57,670 bases of DNA from Thermoproteota archaeon (GCA_024720975.1 JANJXX010000007.1:448-58117), one strand, 5' to 3'. Shown: positions 19,138 to 27,354, numbered from the stretch's first letter. The notes: a model not told the origin generated them from the letters alone. Program-made: numbers and translations.

Positions 19138-20610
19138 TCAATATTCAGAGAAGAAGAACTTAGACTCCAGGCCCAAGTCCTCCAGCATAATTCCTAGTCT
19201 CTTTAATTCTTCTCTTATCGTATCTGATAGATCATAAATCTTCCTCTTTCGAAGTTCTTTCCTAATCTCTATAATCAATCGAATGAGCTTCTCAGTGAGC
19301 TCTGAGCTTTTAGTTATGTAACCGGGTGGGACTATCTTGTTGATAGGTTTTTTCCTGATATTTTTTTCATTAATTCTTTCGTCTAAGGATTGTTGTAGTA
19401 TGCCCAGAATTCCACCGAGCTCTCTGAGCAGTTTAGTCAGGGTGAGTAATTCATTCTTTGACAGCGCATCGGTTTTCTGGATTAGGTATTTAGCTATTTC
19501 TCTCAAGATTTTTATAGCCTCTACGAAGTTGAGATTATCGCACAATGCTTCCAGAAATTGTTGCTTCATTTGCTTCGCGAAATCATCTACATTATTCCCA
19601 CTTTGCTGCTCCTTAGCGTGCTCAGCTTTGTACTCAGCTAGGAAGATTGCTCGGTATAATTCATCCAGAATATCTTCTGCTTCTTCCATCTTCTCCCATG
19701 AAAACTCAAGTTGCTTTCGATAGTTTGCATTTAATAGGAAGAGACGTATGGTTTCGTTATCAAACTTTTCGAGAGCTTCTTTTATCGTTACAAAATTTTT
19801 CAGACTTTTTGCCATTTTTTCGCCTCTGAATATCAGTAGTCCAACATGAAACCATATCTTAGCCAGTGGTTTTTCATTAAGTGCTTCAGATTGGGCTATT
19901 TCATTCTCATGATGAGGGAAAATAAGATCCTCCCCGCCTCCATGAATCTCGATAGTCTCTCCTAAATGCTTAAGAGCCATAGCACTGCACTCTATGTGCC
20001 AGCCGGGGCGACCAGGTCCCCACGGGCTTGGCCAGCTTGGTTCGTTTGGCTTTGCTTTTTTCCACAGGGCGAAGTCGAGAGGATCTTCCTTAAATTCACT
20101 GGGCTCCACTCGTGCTCCAGCACGCATTTCATCTATATTTCTCTTCGATAATTTTCCGTAATCCTTAAATCTACGCACCCTAAAGTAAACTCCATCCTGA
20201 GCATCGTAAGCATAGCCTTTTTCAATCAACTTCTTTATGAACTCTATGATCTCAGGAATATGAGCTGTGGCTCTGGGCTCTATGTTAGGTGCAAGAATTT
20301 TGAGTGCCTTTGTGTAATCATAAAACTCGCGGTAGTATTTGTCGGCAACCTCGAATGGAGAAACGTTTTCTTCTTTTGCTTTGTTGATTATTTTGTCATC
20401 TATGTCTGTAACATTGCGTGCGTAGATGACTTTATATCCAAGGTACGCTAGAAGGCGTACTAGTACATCAAAGACCACGTAAGCACGAGCGTGTCCTAAG
20501 TGCGGATGGTCATAGACTGTGGGACCACAGAAGTAGGCTCTAACGGTGTCGGAATCAAGAGTGACATACTTCCCAGATAAGGTATCATATAATCTGACTT
20601 TTAGTGACAT
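19138..20610 (-). CDS. cysS: Cysteine--tRNA ligase
   Basis: CGPTVYD..HLGH, DFALWK, GRPGWHIECS, FPHHENE, KMAKS. Confidence 0.97.
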   Translation of the reverse strand: MSLKVRLYDTLSGKYVTLDSDTVRAYFCGPTVYDHPHLGHARAYVVFDVLVRLLAYLGYKVIYARNVTDIDDKIINKAKEENVSPFEVADKYYREFYDYTKALKILAPNIEPRATAHIPEIIEFIKKLIEKGYAYDAQDGVYFRVRRFKDYGKLSKRNIDEMRAGARVEPSEFKEDPLDFALWKKAKPNEPSWPSPWGPGRPGWHIECSAMALKHLGETIEIHGGGEDLIFPHHENEIAQSEALNEKPLAKIWFHVGLLIFRGEKMAKSLKNFVTIKEALEKFDNETIRLFLLNANYRKQLEFSWEKMEEAEDILDELYRAIFLAEYKAEHAKEQQSGNNVDDFAKQMKQQFLEALCDNLNFVEAIKILREIAKYLIQKTDALSKNELLTLTKLLRELGGILGILQQSLDERINEKNIRKKPINKIVPPGYITKSSELTEKLIRLIIEIRKELRKRKIYDLSDTIREELKRLGIMLEDLGLESKFFFSEY

Positions 20611-20723
20611 TCCAAAGCCATCACCAAACGGATGGACTAGACTAACTAGTTAATAATCCTCTTAGTTTTAGCCATTGTATTTTAATTTATAAAAAAGTAA
20701 AGATGAAAGTGATATAGAACAAA

Positions 20724-20809
20724 GGGCCGGTTGCCTAGAGGTTATGGCGTCCCGCTTACGAGGTTCCTGAGAAACGGGAAGGTCGGCGGTTCGAGTCCGC
20801 CCCGGCCCA
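20724..20809 (+). tRNA. tRNA-Val(TAC) with 13-nt intron at 37/38 (20761-20773)
   Basis: GGGCCGG/CCGGCCC acceptor. TCCCG-CTTACG[intron]A-CGGGA. Splice helix CTTA/TGAG. Confidence 0.93.
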
Positions 20810-21029
20810 TATGTGTACTCTTAATCTCGCAGCACAAGTTTATAAAGATCATCTTCTACATGTTCGTGCCTTCTAGTTTTAGGAGCCATTTTCCAAGATT
20901 TCATCAGTAGTGCATTCGGGATTTTTCGTCAGTTAGTTGCTACCGTCCTAATTATGTCTGGGAATTTTTGGCTTATTTAATCTGTTTCCTACTTTATCAT
21001 GATAAGAGTAGTGCGATTCGGGAGTTCAG

Positions 21030-21866
21030 ATGGTAATAAGGGCAATAGCAGCTTTTGATTCATTTGGAAACGAGCTCTTCTACGAGGCTTACGCATCATT
21101 TACTCCTAATTTTCAACTCCTATCCAGGATATTACTTGGAATGCGAGAGCATTTACCAAAAGAATACGACACAGTTAATATGGGCCAGTACAAAATCGCA
21201 TTAACCATCTCGTCAGACTTAGTACTACTCATTTTAGCTGATAGAGTTAATGGCGACCAGGAGCTCGAAAAAGTTGTGCGATTCTTACATGAATCTGCGA
21301 GAGAGATTTTTAGTGGAAGTGCTAAAACCCAAGAAGACCAGATAGAAAAATTCCGCGAAAAGACCTATGAAGCTATTGCTATGTTACCAGTAAAGTGCAC
21401 TCTAACTGGCTATGGTGGAGTAGGGAAAACTACTATTGTGCGTCTGGTAGCCCGAGGAGAAAGACTTACTAAACATATACCCACAATTCTAGCGGATGTT
21501 GAAGAGATAAAGATCGAGGGTATAGATCCCTACAAGGTGACATTATTTACCGTAGCTGGACAGCCCCAATACTGGCGTACTTGGATGCTCACTACAGAAG
21601 GATCAGATTTCGTGATGTTAGTTACAGACTCAACTTACGAGGATGTAGAAAGGCTTCAAAAAGAAATCATTCCGTACTTAATGAAGATAACTCCTTATTC
21701 ACGATTTATCATAATAGCAAATAAGCAAGATTTACCTAACGCACTGCCGCCCTCTGTTATAGAGGAGACCTGCGGCATACCTTCGTTTCCCTTGGTGGCG
21801 ATACGAGATGATGCCAAGGAGAAGTTTGTTGAAATATTGGCTACAATGATAAGAGAGCTACCTTAG
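21030..21866 (+). CDS. Longin-like domain fused to an Arf/Rag-like small GTPase
   Basis: N-terminal MVIRAIAAFDSFGNELFY longin-type start. G1 GYGGVGKT, G2 PT, G3-like TVAGQ, G4 NKQD. Confidence 0.85.
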   Translation: MVIRAIAAFDSFGNELFYEAYASFTPNFQLLSRILLGMREHLPKEYDTVNMGQYKIALTISSDLVLLILADRVNGDQELEKVVRFLHESAREIFSGSAKTQEDQIEKFREKTYEAIAMLPVKCTLTGYGGVGKTTIVRLVARGERLTKHIPTILADVEEIKIEGIDPYKVTLFTVAGQPQYWRTWMLTTEGSDFVMLVTDSTYEDVERLQKEIIPYLMKITPYSRFIIIANKQDLPNALPPSVIEETCGIPSFPLVAIRDDAKEKFVEILATMIRELP

Positions 21867-21900
21867 AATTTTGTATGCTATATTTCAAAGTGGATTAAGA

Positions 21901-22230
21901 CTAAAACGCAAATAGATGTACGAGCGCATGGGCGATCTTCTCATTCTTTTCATCGTTCAAGAAGATTATGGCGTCTTCATGAATAAATCCCATTGACAAA
22001 GCAAGCTTCACGATGTTGTTGCCCAACAAGTTCAGACTCACAGCTCTCTGCATGAGTTCTCGAACTCTAATAATATCTACAATACTTTCGCAGTAAAAGT
22101 CCCTAGAAACTATAATTTCAATTCCCTCATATGAAAGCTTCTTATCAATCAGTTCTAGATCGCATATAGCCACTAAAAGTCCGTATGGTGTCTGGTGTAC
22201 TTTTACGCAGAATTGGTCTTTAATATCTAT
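21901..22230 (-). CDS. DUF424 family protein
   Basis: FCVKVHQTPYGLLVAICD.ELI, FY, SLNLLG..IV.LA...G. Frame extends upstream of the called GTG to an ATA behind a GGTGA RBS. Confidence 0.8.
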   Translation of the reverse strand: MDIKDQFCVKVHQTPYGLLVAICDLELIDKKLSYEGIEIIVSRDFYCESIVDIIRVRELMQRAVSLNLLGNNIVKLALSMGFIHEDAIIFLNDEKNEKIAHALVHLFAF

Positions 22231-22343
22231 CGTCTTTCACCTAATTACTGAACTAGCGACAGATTGTACAATGGAAAATAATACCTTAAAAAACACTTAC
22301 AAGAAAAAGTTGCAGGCTTTGCGAATTCCGTGGTGATAGGTTT

Positions 22344-23231
22344 TTGAATAAAAAAAGCCCAATTATAGCATGCCATAAAGAGGATATTGATGGTATTGTC
22401 TCGGCAGCACTTATTCTTAGGATTTTTCCTGATGCGGTAATAATTTTTGCAAAACCAAATGATATAACAAGAATGAAAGCGAAGTTTGATATCGTGTGCG
22501 ATTTACCAAAACCAAAGTTTTGTGATGTATGCATAGATCATCATATGTCTAATTATCAGCAATTATTGGAAAGCAATAAACTTTCGGAAAAAGATTTAGT
22601 GGATCCTAATGCGAGTTCAGCTGCAAGGTTAGTTGCCAAGTATTTTAATCTAAATGATGAGATTTCTAGAGAGCTTGTTGAAATGGCAGATAAGGCGGAT
22701 TCTGGGTATTTTGATGAAGATTTAACCACTCTTGATTTGCTGATAAAACATAATTCAAATGATCCAGCAAAACTACACTGGATAGCTAAAAAACTAGCTC
22801 AGAATGGACGAAAAATATTTGATGATCCCGAGTTCAGAATGGAAGCATTTAAACTAAGACACTTAATACTTAAGAAGGACGAGATAATAAAACTCGTGAA
22901 CAGCATACTTGAAAAGGGCATCAAAGCTTGCATTTTTGATTGTCGCAGTCTAGATCCAGCTCTTGGTAGGATAGCCCCTACAGTTTTTTGTAGAATCGGG
23001 GGAAAAGCTGCTGTTAGTATATATTTTGATGATGTAGGAAACATAAAGGTTTCCATACGAGTTGATGATACAGAATTTGATGCCGGTAAATTTGCAAGCC
23101 TATATGGTGGTGGAGGGCATGCGAAGGCTGCGGGAGTTGTTTTCGCAGATGAAAATTCTCTAGCTAAGTTCCTTAGTGACTTTATCAGTATCTTCAAGGA
23201 GTACTCAATAGCCTTCTTGAGAATTCTCTAA
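22344..23231 (+). CDS. DHH/DHHA1 family phosphoesterase
   Basis: H..DIDG, CD, IDHH, GGGGHAKAAG. Confidence 0.88.
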   Translation: MNKKSPIIACHKEDIDGIVSAALILRIFPDAVIIFAKPNDITRMKAKFDIVCDLPKPKFCDVCIDHHMSNYQQLLESNKLSEKDLVDPNASSAARLVAKYFNLNDEISRELVEMADKADSGYFDEDLTTLDLLIKHNSNDPAKLHWIAKKLAQNGRKIFDDPEFRMEAFKLRHLILKKDEIIKLVNSILEKGIKACIFDCRSLDPALGRIAPTVFCRIGGKAAVSIYFDDVGNIKVSIRVDDTEFDAGKFASLYGGGGHAKAAGVVFADENSLAKFLSDFISIFKEYSIAFLRIL

Positions 23232-24283
23232 CGTTTTTTGTATACGTAATTCTGGATCACTATTCGTTCTTCTTCCTTCAACTCATATATATCGAATACA
23301 ATCTCATTGAGCTCATGCATAAGGAATCCAATCTCGCTTTCTAATTCTTTTCTCTCTGGTCGTTCAGACTCCTGCTGAATAGATAAATAGGTTCTAGTTT
23401 TTTCAGAGATTTCCTTGGAGTACTTAATTACTTCTTTTCGAGTATTCTCTTCCGCCACCTTTACTGGTAATATGTTGACGTAGGGTGGCATATACGAATA
23501 CCATCTGCCTTTCTTGGGTCTTTTAGTTCTCTTCATCAGTCTAGGTGAGTATTGCTTAAAGAAAAACTCCAGTGTCTCGGAATTAAGAATCCCGAGCGTG
23601 TACCAAAGTGCATCGTCGTCATTTCCAAGAATTTTTCTAGCCTCTCTTCCAGCTTCAATAAAGTTCTCTACATTCAAGGTTGCTTCATTTACTTTCTTCC
23701 AATTTTCTGCGTACATTTTTTGCTCTTCATAACTAAGCCATTTTCGTAAGAGTATTGTTGAGTCAAGCACATAGTATAGACCTTGTTCATCGATCGCAAA
23801 ACTTTGCTGTCTTGAAAAGAGAGGGCTTATGATTTTCTTCTGCTCAAAAACCTTTGGATCAAGCGGATCCTCAAGTTCCCACCACTTCTTATTCCACGTA
23901 AAGACAGCAGCTCTTCGTTCGAGAACTAGTTTGCCACTCTCAAGCCACTTCATTATATTTACGTATTTGTTCGGCAGATCTGGAAAATGCTTTTCAGAGG
24001 CGTATATGATATAGAATCCCTTCCAAGTAAAGCCGAAAGGTCTGATATCGCGTCCCCGAATAATTGGTTTGAGGGGCTCCTTTTCTAGTGAGTATTCGTC
24101 GACGAGGCTTTGTTGTACTACATACAGATAAGGGACACCTGTCCACAGTCCCCTGTGAACAGCGAATAGCTGGTCAAGTCGTATAGTATCTGTTCTTATT
24201 TTTTCCCAGATGGTTCTGTATTTTTCGCTGATTATTGGCATTTTGAATACTTGCACGTATGTCCATGTGTACTCAAGGGGCAT
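23228..24283 (-). CDS. Stand-alone TaqI-like C-terminal DNA specificity (TRD) protein, no methyltransferase domain
   Basis: PIIRGRDIRPF, LERRA..WWEL, FEQKKII, YTLGILNS, LPVK, LNEIVFDIYELKEEE. GGTGA RBS before ATG 24283. Confidence 0.72.
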   Translation of the reverse strand: MPLEYTWTYVQVFKMPIISEKYRTIWEKIRTDTIRLDQLFAVHRGLWTGVPYLYVVQQSLVDEYSLEKEPLKPIIRGRDIRPFGFTWKGFYIIYASEKHFPDLPNKYVNIMKWLESGKLVLERRAAVFTWNKKWWELEDPLDPKVFEQKKIISPLFSRQQSFAIDEQGLYYVLDSTILLRKWLSYEEQKMYAENWKKVNEATLNVENFIEAGREARKILGNDDDALWYTLGILNSETLEFFFKQYSPRLMKRTKRPKKGRWYSYMPPYVNILPVKVAEENTRKEVIKYSKEISEKTRTYLSIQQESERPERKELESEIGFLMHELNEIVFDIYELKEEERIVIQNYVYKKR

Positions 24284-24572
24284 TGTGTATATCACCAAAT
24301 TCGACGCGTGAAATTGCTTTTGAACTTAGAGTTTCTCCAGGTAAATATAGATGAGCAGTACAAAAGATGACGAATTAAAATGGAATATCAATGGGGCTTG
24401 CATTTTATCTATTGTATGGATTTAATTAGCTGGATACAAATGAGATATGAGCAGTGTTCAGAGTTTTAGGTGGTTTCTCACGTAAGCATATGTTTCAGTC
24501 GTAGTTCCTGTGTATTATCTAAATCATGTCGGATCTTTATAATTCACGTATTAATCCCAGATAGGGGATTTT

Positions 24573-25346
24573 ATGCAGAACATTATGTCAACTATAAGCT
24601 ACCTCTATATACTTGAAAACGTGGTAGCAGAGCTAGACACAATCTTCAACAAGCTCCTAGAAGTACGGCAGCAAAAAATATTCGTAAAAAGAGATATAGA
24701 CAAAACATTGCTAAGAACATATGCAGCGGTAGGATTAGCACTGCAAAGCTTAATCAAAGATTTGTCTGGTCAGAAGAAAGTTGAGAATATATCCTTCGGA
24801 GAATTCACATTCTTGGCAAATTCTAACATGGCTTCGACGCTTGAAAGTGATTTTAGCATGATTCTAAAAGCTCTCGGCGCAAGAATACACATGCTAAAAG
24901 AGCGTATAAAGGCACTTGATGATATTAAAAGTACGTTGGTACAACTGAACATAATAAACCGTCTTGAGAGTGATGATGCGATACTTGACATTAGGAGATA
25001 TGGCAATATTCTTATTATCATCGCAAGCAGGAATATTATCCTGTGTGATAGTCAAATGAATGCGCTTCAATTGATTTCTATAAATGATCTAGATACCGTG
25101 TCCTATAAAAGATCTCTTATATTCCGGGGCTGCGAGATCCGCACGAAATCAAGAGACGTGATACGACTTCCAGTCAGTCCTGATGTTGCATTTGAACTCA
25201 AGAGGATTTTGGATAAAGCAGCTAGAAGGAGAAATTTCTCTCCGGAAGCCTACGTGAGGAACCTGAAAGCTAGGCGCAGTAAACTTAGACCTGCCATAAT
25301 TGAAGCTAAATTGAGTATTCTTCGTAAGATAATTCCATTAGTTTAG
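24573..25346 (+). CDS. Hypothetical coiled-coil protein with a possible PH-like domain
   Basis: Helical N-terminal half. C-terminal LIIIASRNIILCD...ISINDLDTVSYKRSLIFRGCEIRT resembles a bacterial-type PH strand pattern. Confidence 0.6.
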   Translation: MQNIMSTISYLYILENVVAELDTIFNKLLEVRQQKIFVKRDIDKTLLRTYAAVGLALQSLIKDLSGQKKVENISFGEFTFLANSNMASTLESDFSMILKALGARIHMLKERIKALDDIKSTLVQLNIINRLESDDAILDIRRYGNILIIIASRNIILCDSQMNALQLISINDLDTVSYKRSLIFRGCEIRTKSRDVIRLPVSPDVAFELKRILDKAARRRNFSPEAYVRNLKARRSKLRPAIIEAKLSILRKIIPLV

Positions 25347-25431
25347 TTTTAATAATTCTGGCACTAAAGATAGCCCTTAAAATTATAGATTTATAGATTA
25401 ATTAGGTTACAGAGTTACGATATAGTGGACG

Positions 25432-25527
25432 GCCGGGGTTGCCGAGCGGTACGGCGTCGGCCTGCTAACCAAAAGGCTGATAGCCGATGGCGCTAGCGCC
25501 TCGCGGGTTCAAATCCCGCCCCCGGCA
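25432..25527 (+). tRNA. tRNA-Ser(GCT) with 14-nt intron at 37/38 (25468-25481)
   Basis: GCCGGGG/CCCCGGC acceptor, TCGGC-CTGCTA[intron]A-GCCGA, long variable arm GGCG-CTAG-CGCC. Confidence 0.93.
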
Positions 25528-25535
25528 TAATGATA

Positions 25536-25584
25536 ATGATGATGGTTCAACCGGCTGAGAAATGATGATAGCATGTCTTGCTGA
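25536..25584 (+). ncRNA. Box C/D guide sRNA
   Basis: ATGATGA-TGGTTCAACCGG-CTGA-GAA-ATGATGA-TAGCATGTCTTG-CTGA, with perfect boxes and two 12-nt guides. Confidence 0.93.
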
Positions 25585-25620
25585 AGTTTAAGTAAGCAAA
25601 ACTTGCATAAAATAAAGATA

Positions 25621-25706
25621 GGGCCGGTAGCTCAGCCCGGTAGTCCTCATCCGAAAGCGTCCGGCTCTTAACCGGATGGTCGCGGGTTCAAATCCCGCCC
25701 GGCCCA
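25621..25706 (+). tRNA. tRNA-Lys(CTT) with non-canonical 12-nt D-arm intron (about 25644-25655)
   Basis: Anticodon arm TCCGG-CTCTTAA-CCGGA. Removing TCCTCATCCGAA restores the D-arm GCTCAGCCCGGTAGAGC. Confidence 0.9.
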
Positions 25707-25716
25707 TCAATCAAAA

Positions 25717-25787
25717 GCGCCGGTAGTCTAGTGGTAGGATGCCGGCCTCCCAAGCCGGTGACGCGGGTTCGAACCCCGCCCGGCGCA
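25717..25787 (+). tRNA. tRNA-Gly(CCC)
   Basis: GCGCCGG/CCGGCGC acceptor, CCGGC-CTCCCAA-GCCGG. Confidence 0.97.
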
Positions 25788-25807
25788 CTCAGTCAAATTT
25801 CATTGTG

Positions 25808-25815
25808 TTTATATA
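25808..25815 (+). promoter_or_regulatory. Probable TATA box for the permuted 5S precursor
   Basis: TTTATATA about 50 nt before the processing stem. Confidence 0.6.
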
Positions 25816-25865
25816 CTCTGATAATTTAACAAGAGTTAGCTGTATAGCAGGCCAACGGCGCTAGA

Positions 25866-26031
25866 AAACTCGCATCGGGACCGAAAGCTAAGCCGCGCCA
25901 CGCCGACCTGAGTAGTGTGGGGGAGACCCCACGCGAAAGGGCGGTGCTGTCCGTTCCTAGAGGAGCGGACGGCCATAGGGCGCGGGAAACGCCCGATCCC
26001 ATTCCGAACTCGGAAATCTCGATGCGAGTTT
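25866..26031 (+). repeat. 15-bp inverted repeat (processing stem) with bulge-helix splice motif flanking the 5S gene
   Basis: AAACTCGCATCGGGA (25866-25880) pairs with TCTCGATGCGAGTTT (26017-26031): 14 Watson-Crick pairs and 1 G-U. Then a 3-nt AAA bulge and the 4-bp helix CCGA/TCGG. Confidence 0.9.
25887..26015 (+). rRNA. rrf: 5S rRNA, circularly permuted (3' portion 25887-25957, linker TAGA, 5' portion 25962-26015)
   Basis: 5' hallmarks GGCCATAG, GAAAC.CCCGATCCCATTCCGAACTCGGAA lie downstream of 3' hallmarks GCTAAGCC, AGTA, GGGAGACCC, GCGAAA, GTGCTG. Helix I and II pairings are intact. Confidence 0.93.
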
Positions 26032-26088
26032 GACTCCTTTAGAATTCTTTTTGAATTGTTACTGGTTGATCTATGTGACGGTAAAGAT

Positions 26089-26772
26089 ATGACTACCCCT
26101 ACTGAGGTCTATGTGTTAAAACTTAAACCTCTTCTTGATCGAGGAGCTATTAGTATTTTACTAAACAAGGGTGACTCTGAAGTCCTCTTTATAGGAAATG
26201 AAAGTTATAAGCACATTCTCCAAACAATGTTATCGTTCACCTTACAAACAAAAAGTAGGATATCCAAAGAATATATAAGCGAGCTTACACGGCGTGGTAT
26301 CCGATTAGATTTTGGTGAGGTTGATTTCTATCTGCTAAACTTCTCAATGATGAATCTTAAAGTTTACTTGGCAACATATGGAGACGTTTTAATATCTTGT
26401 GTCTTTGCTAATAACTTTCCGTCAGTCAATGAATTTATTGATATTGTGCGTGATTTAACTACTACTAAGGATATCGGCAAACACGGAATCAACAAAGAGG
26501 AAATAAAGAATCTAAAGGCTCTAATTTTGAGCGCTAGAAGAAGCGCCAGTTCAGGTATTAAAGAAGAGCTTTTGCGTAATTTAAACGACATTCGCGAGTT
26601 TCTTGAAAGGTTGCAGGATCAGGCTTTGGAACCATATTTAGCATCCATAAAAAGGGTATTGCTAATTCTAGAACAGAAAACCGAGATTACAGACGAATTA
26701 AAGTTAAAGTTAAGAAGAATATTATTATTGCTACTAAAAAGTATATCCAAAAGGTTTAAGGAAGAGATTTAA
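26089..26772 (+). CDS. Hypothetical protein (possibly roadblock/longin-like N-terminus with helical C-terminus)
   Basis: True start probably ATG 26089, since the longer ORF call runs through the 5S gene. Confidence 0.6.
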   Translation: MTTPTEVYVLKLKPLLDRGAISILLNKGDSEVLFIGNESYKHILQTMLSFTLQTKSRISKEYISELTRRGIRLDFGEVDFYLLNFSMMNLKVYLATYGDVLISCVFANNFPSVNEFIDIVRDLTTTKDIGKHGINKEEIKNLKALILSARRSASSGIKEELLRNLNDIREFLERLQDQALEPYLASIKRVLLILEQKTEITDELKLKLRRILLLLLKSISKRFKEEI

Positions 26773-26784
26773 CTAACCAAAGAT

Positions 26785-27354
26785 TTGGCGGTAAGGATGA
26801 TAGTGGGTAATTCAGAGGACGATAGAATAGCCATAGTTACACTAGTAGATGAAGATAGGTTGGGTGCTGTAATAGGGTCAAAAGGGAGAGTTGAAAAATA
26901 TATTGAAAACAAGCTAAATGTCGATATAAAGATTGATACACAAAAGGGTAAGGTACTAATAATAACCGAGAGAAACAACATAGAGAACGGTTTAAGAGCG
27001 AAAATGATCGTAGAAGCTATTGCTCATGGGATTTCCTTTGATCATGCAAAAAAACTTATTGATAATCCAGACTATGTTCTTGAAGTCTTAGACATAAGTG
27101 AGTACGCTCGTAATAAAAGTGACATGATAAGAATCAAAGCCCGTCTTATCGGTCAAGGCGGTAAAATTAAAACCCTAATAGAAGACGAACTAAGTGTGAA
27201 AATATCCATCAGAGACAAGTATGTAGCGATACTGGGTAAGCATACTGATGTCAATATCGCTAAGGATGTTATTCAAATGATCTGTAGAGGAAGTAAATAT
27301 GGTCGCGCTTTGAAGAGGATTAATGACTACAGGCTTCTACAGGACATATACTAG
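26785..27354 (+). CDS. dim2: KH-domain ribosome biogenesis factor Dim2/Pno1
   Basis: RLGAVIGSKG, A..IVEAIAHG, RIKARLIGQGGK. Confidence 0.88.
   Translation: MAVRMIVGNSEDDRIAIVTLVDEDRLGAVIGSKGRVEKYIENKLNVDIKIDTQKGKVLIITERNNIENGLRAKMIVEAIAHGISFDHAKKLIDNPDYVLEVLDISEYARNKSDMIRIKARLIGQGGKIKTLIEDELSVKISIRDKYVAILGKHTDVNIAKDVIQMICRGSKYGRALKRINDYRLLQDIY

Noticed and set aside
25887-26015. Permuted 5S explained as collapsed tandem 5S copies or a pseudogene
   Set aside because: The two halves are non-redundant and sum to one molecule, all helices pair, and the break coincides to the nucleotide with predicted splice sites inside a dedicated flanking stem. Read-level confirmation is still advisable.
25915-26088. 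N-terminal 58 aa of the 285-aa ORF call
   Set aside because: It runs through the 5S rRNA sequence. The real CDS most likely starts at ATG 26089.
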